Below, one piece after another: positions 61,294-64,000 of a stretch of DNA of 64,000 nt. The position numbers and the translations under genes were made by a program. Below the pieces are notes generated by a model. That model worked only from the letters and a program-made list of their open reading frames with translations, did no database searches and had not been told where the DNA came from. Source of the stretch: an uncultured virus (IMG/VR IMGVR_UViG_3300005537_000025) (Duplodnaviria > Heunggongvirae > Uroviricota > Caudoviricetes); the IMG/VR virus record IMGVR_UViG_3300005537_000025; one strand, 5' to 3'. The stretch's first letter is position 1; every line of letters begins with the position of its first letter.

Positions 61294-63330
61294 TGAGTGC
61301 CGATCCGGCGGCCGTGCCTGCGGCAGCCGGCCCTGAGCAGCCGCTGACTTGCGAGACGTGCCGGCACGCCACCGCCACCCGGCTGGTCGTCGCCGACTGG
61401 CTGACCGGGCTGTCGCCGCAGAGGCGGACCCGGATGGAGTGCGAGGAGTGCGCCGGGTATTCGGTGCGGGCCTCAGCCGGGTTCACGACGCACGTGCGGC
61501 TCTGGGTGTACGGGCTGGAGCTGCTTGAGATGACCGCCGCAACGACAGGAGTGGACAGCCGATGACAGGACCGGAGCACTTTCGCATAGCTGAGCGGTTC
61601 GCCATGGCCGCCGCGGACTACGAGGGCGAGCTTCGTAACCATCACGTCCAGGCCGGGCAGCTCGCCCAGGTGCACGCGCTGCTGGCGCTCACCGCGGCGA
61701 CTGTGCTCGCTGAAGGCGTGAAGCTCGGCGTGATCCCGCTAGCCGAATACGGGCAGTGGGATGAGACAGCCGCCGTAACGGCGGGAAAGGAGTAACGAAT
61801 GGGCCGGTCAACAGACGCGATCCTCGCCTACGGTTACGACCTGGGCAGCGCCGACGACGAGTGGAAGGTCCGCGAGGTCGGTGAGTACGGGGAGCTGGCT
61901 GTCCCCTGGCACGACGAGCGGTGCAGCCACTGGGATGACCTGAGCGCGTTCGCCGCTGAAGCCGAGGACGAGCTTCTGGCCGCTGCCGGCTTCACTGCGG
62001 AAGACGGCTCGGCGGACTATTACCAGCACCGCGAGGAGGCGCTGGAGCTGCTCGGCGTCACGATCGTCATCCACTGCTCGGATACCGCGCCGATGTTCAT
62101 CCTGGCCGCGAAGGCGCTGGAGGCGAGCCGGGGCAACCCGCAGGACGCCGGCGGACTGCTCGGCGCGGACGAGGCGACCCGGCGCGGCTGGGACGAGCAG
62201 CTCGCCGCCGCGCTCGGGACGCTCGGCCTGACGCCGGTCGCGGAGAAGCCGGCATGGCTGCTGTGCTCGTACGCGGACGGGTTCGATGACTGACCCGGCA
62301 GGGCACGCACCAGACCCCGGTCCCGTCCGTGCCGAGCTGGCCAGGATCAGGAACCGGGCCGCGCTCGCATACGCCAGCCCGGCGGCAGCGGGTGCATCCG
62401 CCGCTGATGTCCCCCGGCTCCTGGCCGCGCTGGACGCGGTACTGGGGATGCCGGGGAAGTGGGACGAGATCGATGACGGCCCGGTGTCGGCGCTGACCGA
62501 GGATCGCGGCTGGGTCCGCGCCGCGTGTGCCCGTGACCTGCGCGAGGCGATCACCCGTGAGCTGCTCGGGGAGGAGGGCGCAAGTGGCTGACGACCTGGC
62601 CGCCGCACTCGACGCGATCGAGCAGCGCAACGAAGAGAACATTGCGAAGCTGAGCCTGTCTGGTTCCACTCTCCGGCGCACCGCCTACTTCGATCTCCGC
62701 CGCACCCTGGCCGCGCTGCGGGAAGCTCTCACGACCCATCCGCTGTCGGCGACCCCCGAGACAGCGCAGGACGGCACCCTGATCTGCTCCCGCTGCACGT
62801 GGGACGCGGGCCACCGGATGACCGAGGCCGAATGCGTGCTGCGGCTGGCCATGCTCGACAGGCTGAAGGAGGACCACTGATGACGTGCTCCCTGTGCGTC
62901 TACACCCGCGAGGCGTGCCCTGACTGCGGTGAGTGCGACTGCTCGTGCACCTGCTACGACGACGAGGAGGACAGCGATGGCACCTGACCAGTATCTGAAG
63001 CCGGAACCCCCGACCGGCTCCGTGGTCGCCATCGACTGGGGCGAGCCGCGTCAGGAGGTGTGGGTGTCGAACAAGGCGAACATCGGCAACTGGTACACCA
63101 CCGACACCCCCTGGGATAGCCAGCACCCGGACTGGTACGACGTGCTCCGGCGAGCGGAAGGCCGCACGATGACGCTCCTGGTGCCAGGCGACCGGGACGC
63201 CTACGCGGCCGGGTTCGATGCGGGCGTGGCCAGCGTCGGCGAAGCGGTGGGCAACGCTGTCGAAGAGATGCGGCTCTACGTGAACGGGAGACACCCGGAG
63301 GTAGCTGGCGATGGCCCGCATGCTCACTGA
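61293..63330 (+). other. Hypothetical genes (61293-61565, 61562-61795, 61799-62293, 62286-62591, 62584-62880, 62977-63330)
   Basis: Coupled ORFs. Confidence 0.55.
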
Positions 63331-63811
63331 CATGCCAGCTGGCAAGCCGGACGCCATGCGGGCGCTCTCGATCAGGCAGCCGTACGCCTGGGCGATCGCC
63401 ATCGGGGCGAAGCCGGTCGAGAACCGCACGTGGGGAACGGCCTACCGGGGCCTTATTGCCATCCACGCGAGCAAGACCAGACCGGACCGCAGCGACGTGG
63501 AGAACTACCTCATCCTCGATGCCGTCGAGGCGTGCGGGTTCGAGATCGATGAGGCCGCATCCGGCCAGGGCGTCATAGTCGCGGTAGCCGGCCTGTCCGG
63601 CTGCCACCTGAGCCCTGACTTCGGCGGGACGTGCGGCGCGACCCGGCCGCTGTGCTCGCCGTGGGCGGTCCGCGATCAGTACCACTGGCTCCTGGAGAAC
63701 GTCCGCCCGCTCGCTGAGCCGGTCCCGTGCCGGGGTGCTCTCGGCCTGTGGCGGCTACCTGATGACGTAGAGAAGGCAGTACGGAAGCAGATGGAGGGGA
63801 GCGATGGCTAG
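63311..63811 (+). CDS. ASCH domain protein
   Basis: RALSIRQPYAWAI..G.K.VENRTW...YRG.IAIHA; P.PCRGALGLW. Confidence 0.88.
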   Translation: MARMLTDMPAGKPDAMRALSIRQPYAWAIAIGAKPVENRTWGTAYRGLIAIHASKTRPDRSDVENYLILDAVEACGFEIDEAASGQGVIVAVAGLSGCHLSPDFGGTCGATRPLCSPWAVRDQYHWLLENVRPLAEPVPCRGALGLWRLPDDVEKAVRKQMEGSDG

Positions 63812-64000
63812 CGGCAGGCCGCTGAACTACACAACCGCGATCCCGGCCGCGCAGACGGTCGGCGAATGCCAGGCCGTACTCGCTGCCGCTGGCGCTGCTC
63901 TACGACCGGCGGACCGATGAGCAGAGGAGCGCCGGCCTGTACCCGCCATGGCCAGAGGACTCGTCACCCGAAGAACTGGCACTGTCCGGGGAATGGCGGG

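Noticed and set aside
63804..64000. ORF starting MASGRPLNYTT at the window end
   Set aside because: It runs off the window and appears to lose similarity to the family it starts like; not enough sequence to call.

Overview
High-GC actinobacterial temperate phage or prophage segment; no integrase, rRNA, tRNA or CRISPR array was seen. Left end: the N-terminus of a terminase large subunit (minus strand). It is separated from a terminase-small-subunit-like gene (8763-9404) by an ~8.4 kb plus-strand island containing a promoter-driven ~1.07 kb non-coding, highly base-paired region (candidate large structured RNA), small early-type genes, a DUF932 gene and two small ribbon-helix-helix regulators with visible operators. 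9.5-30 kb: a DUF3631 ATPase, probable late regulators, a four-gene cassette ending in an SF2 helicase with seven HA repeats, and an actinomycete plasmid/AICE-like transfer module (TraB/FtsK, DUF2637/SpdA, GntR/KorSA, WhiB) plus an mIHF homologue. 30.3-31.3 kb: a divergent repressor/Cro switch. It is followed by a long rightward early/middle operon (exonuclease, Gp3-like protein, HNH, tandem BldC, DEDD exonuclease, DUF5131, VRR-NUC, replication initiator with iterons, two DNA methyltransferases, XF1762/Mom-like protein, a STAS anti-anti-sigma factor lacking its phospho-Ser, ASCH). That operon is interrupted by an IS200/IS605 element with intact tnpB and a decayed tnpA. All protein assignments come from visual motif recognition, not database searches.
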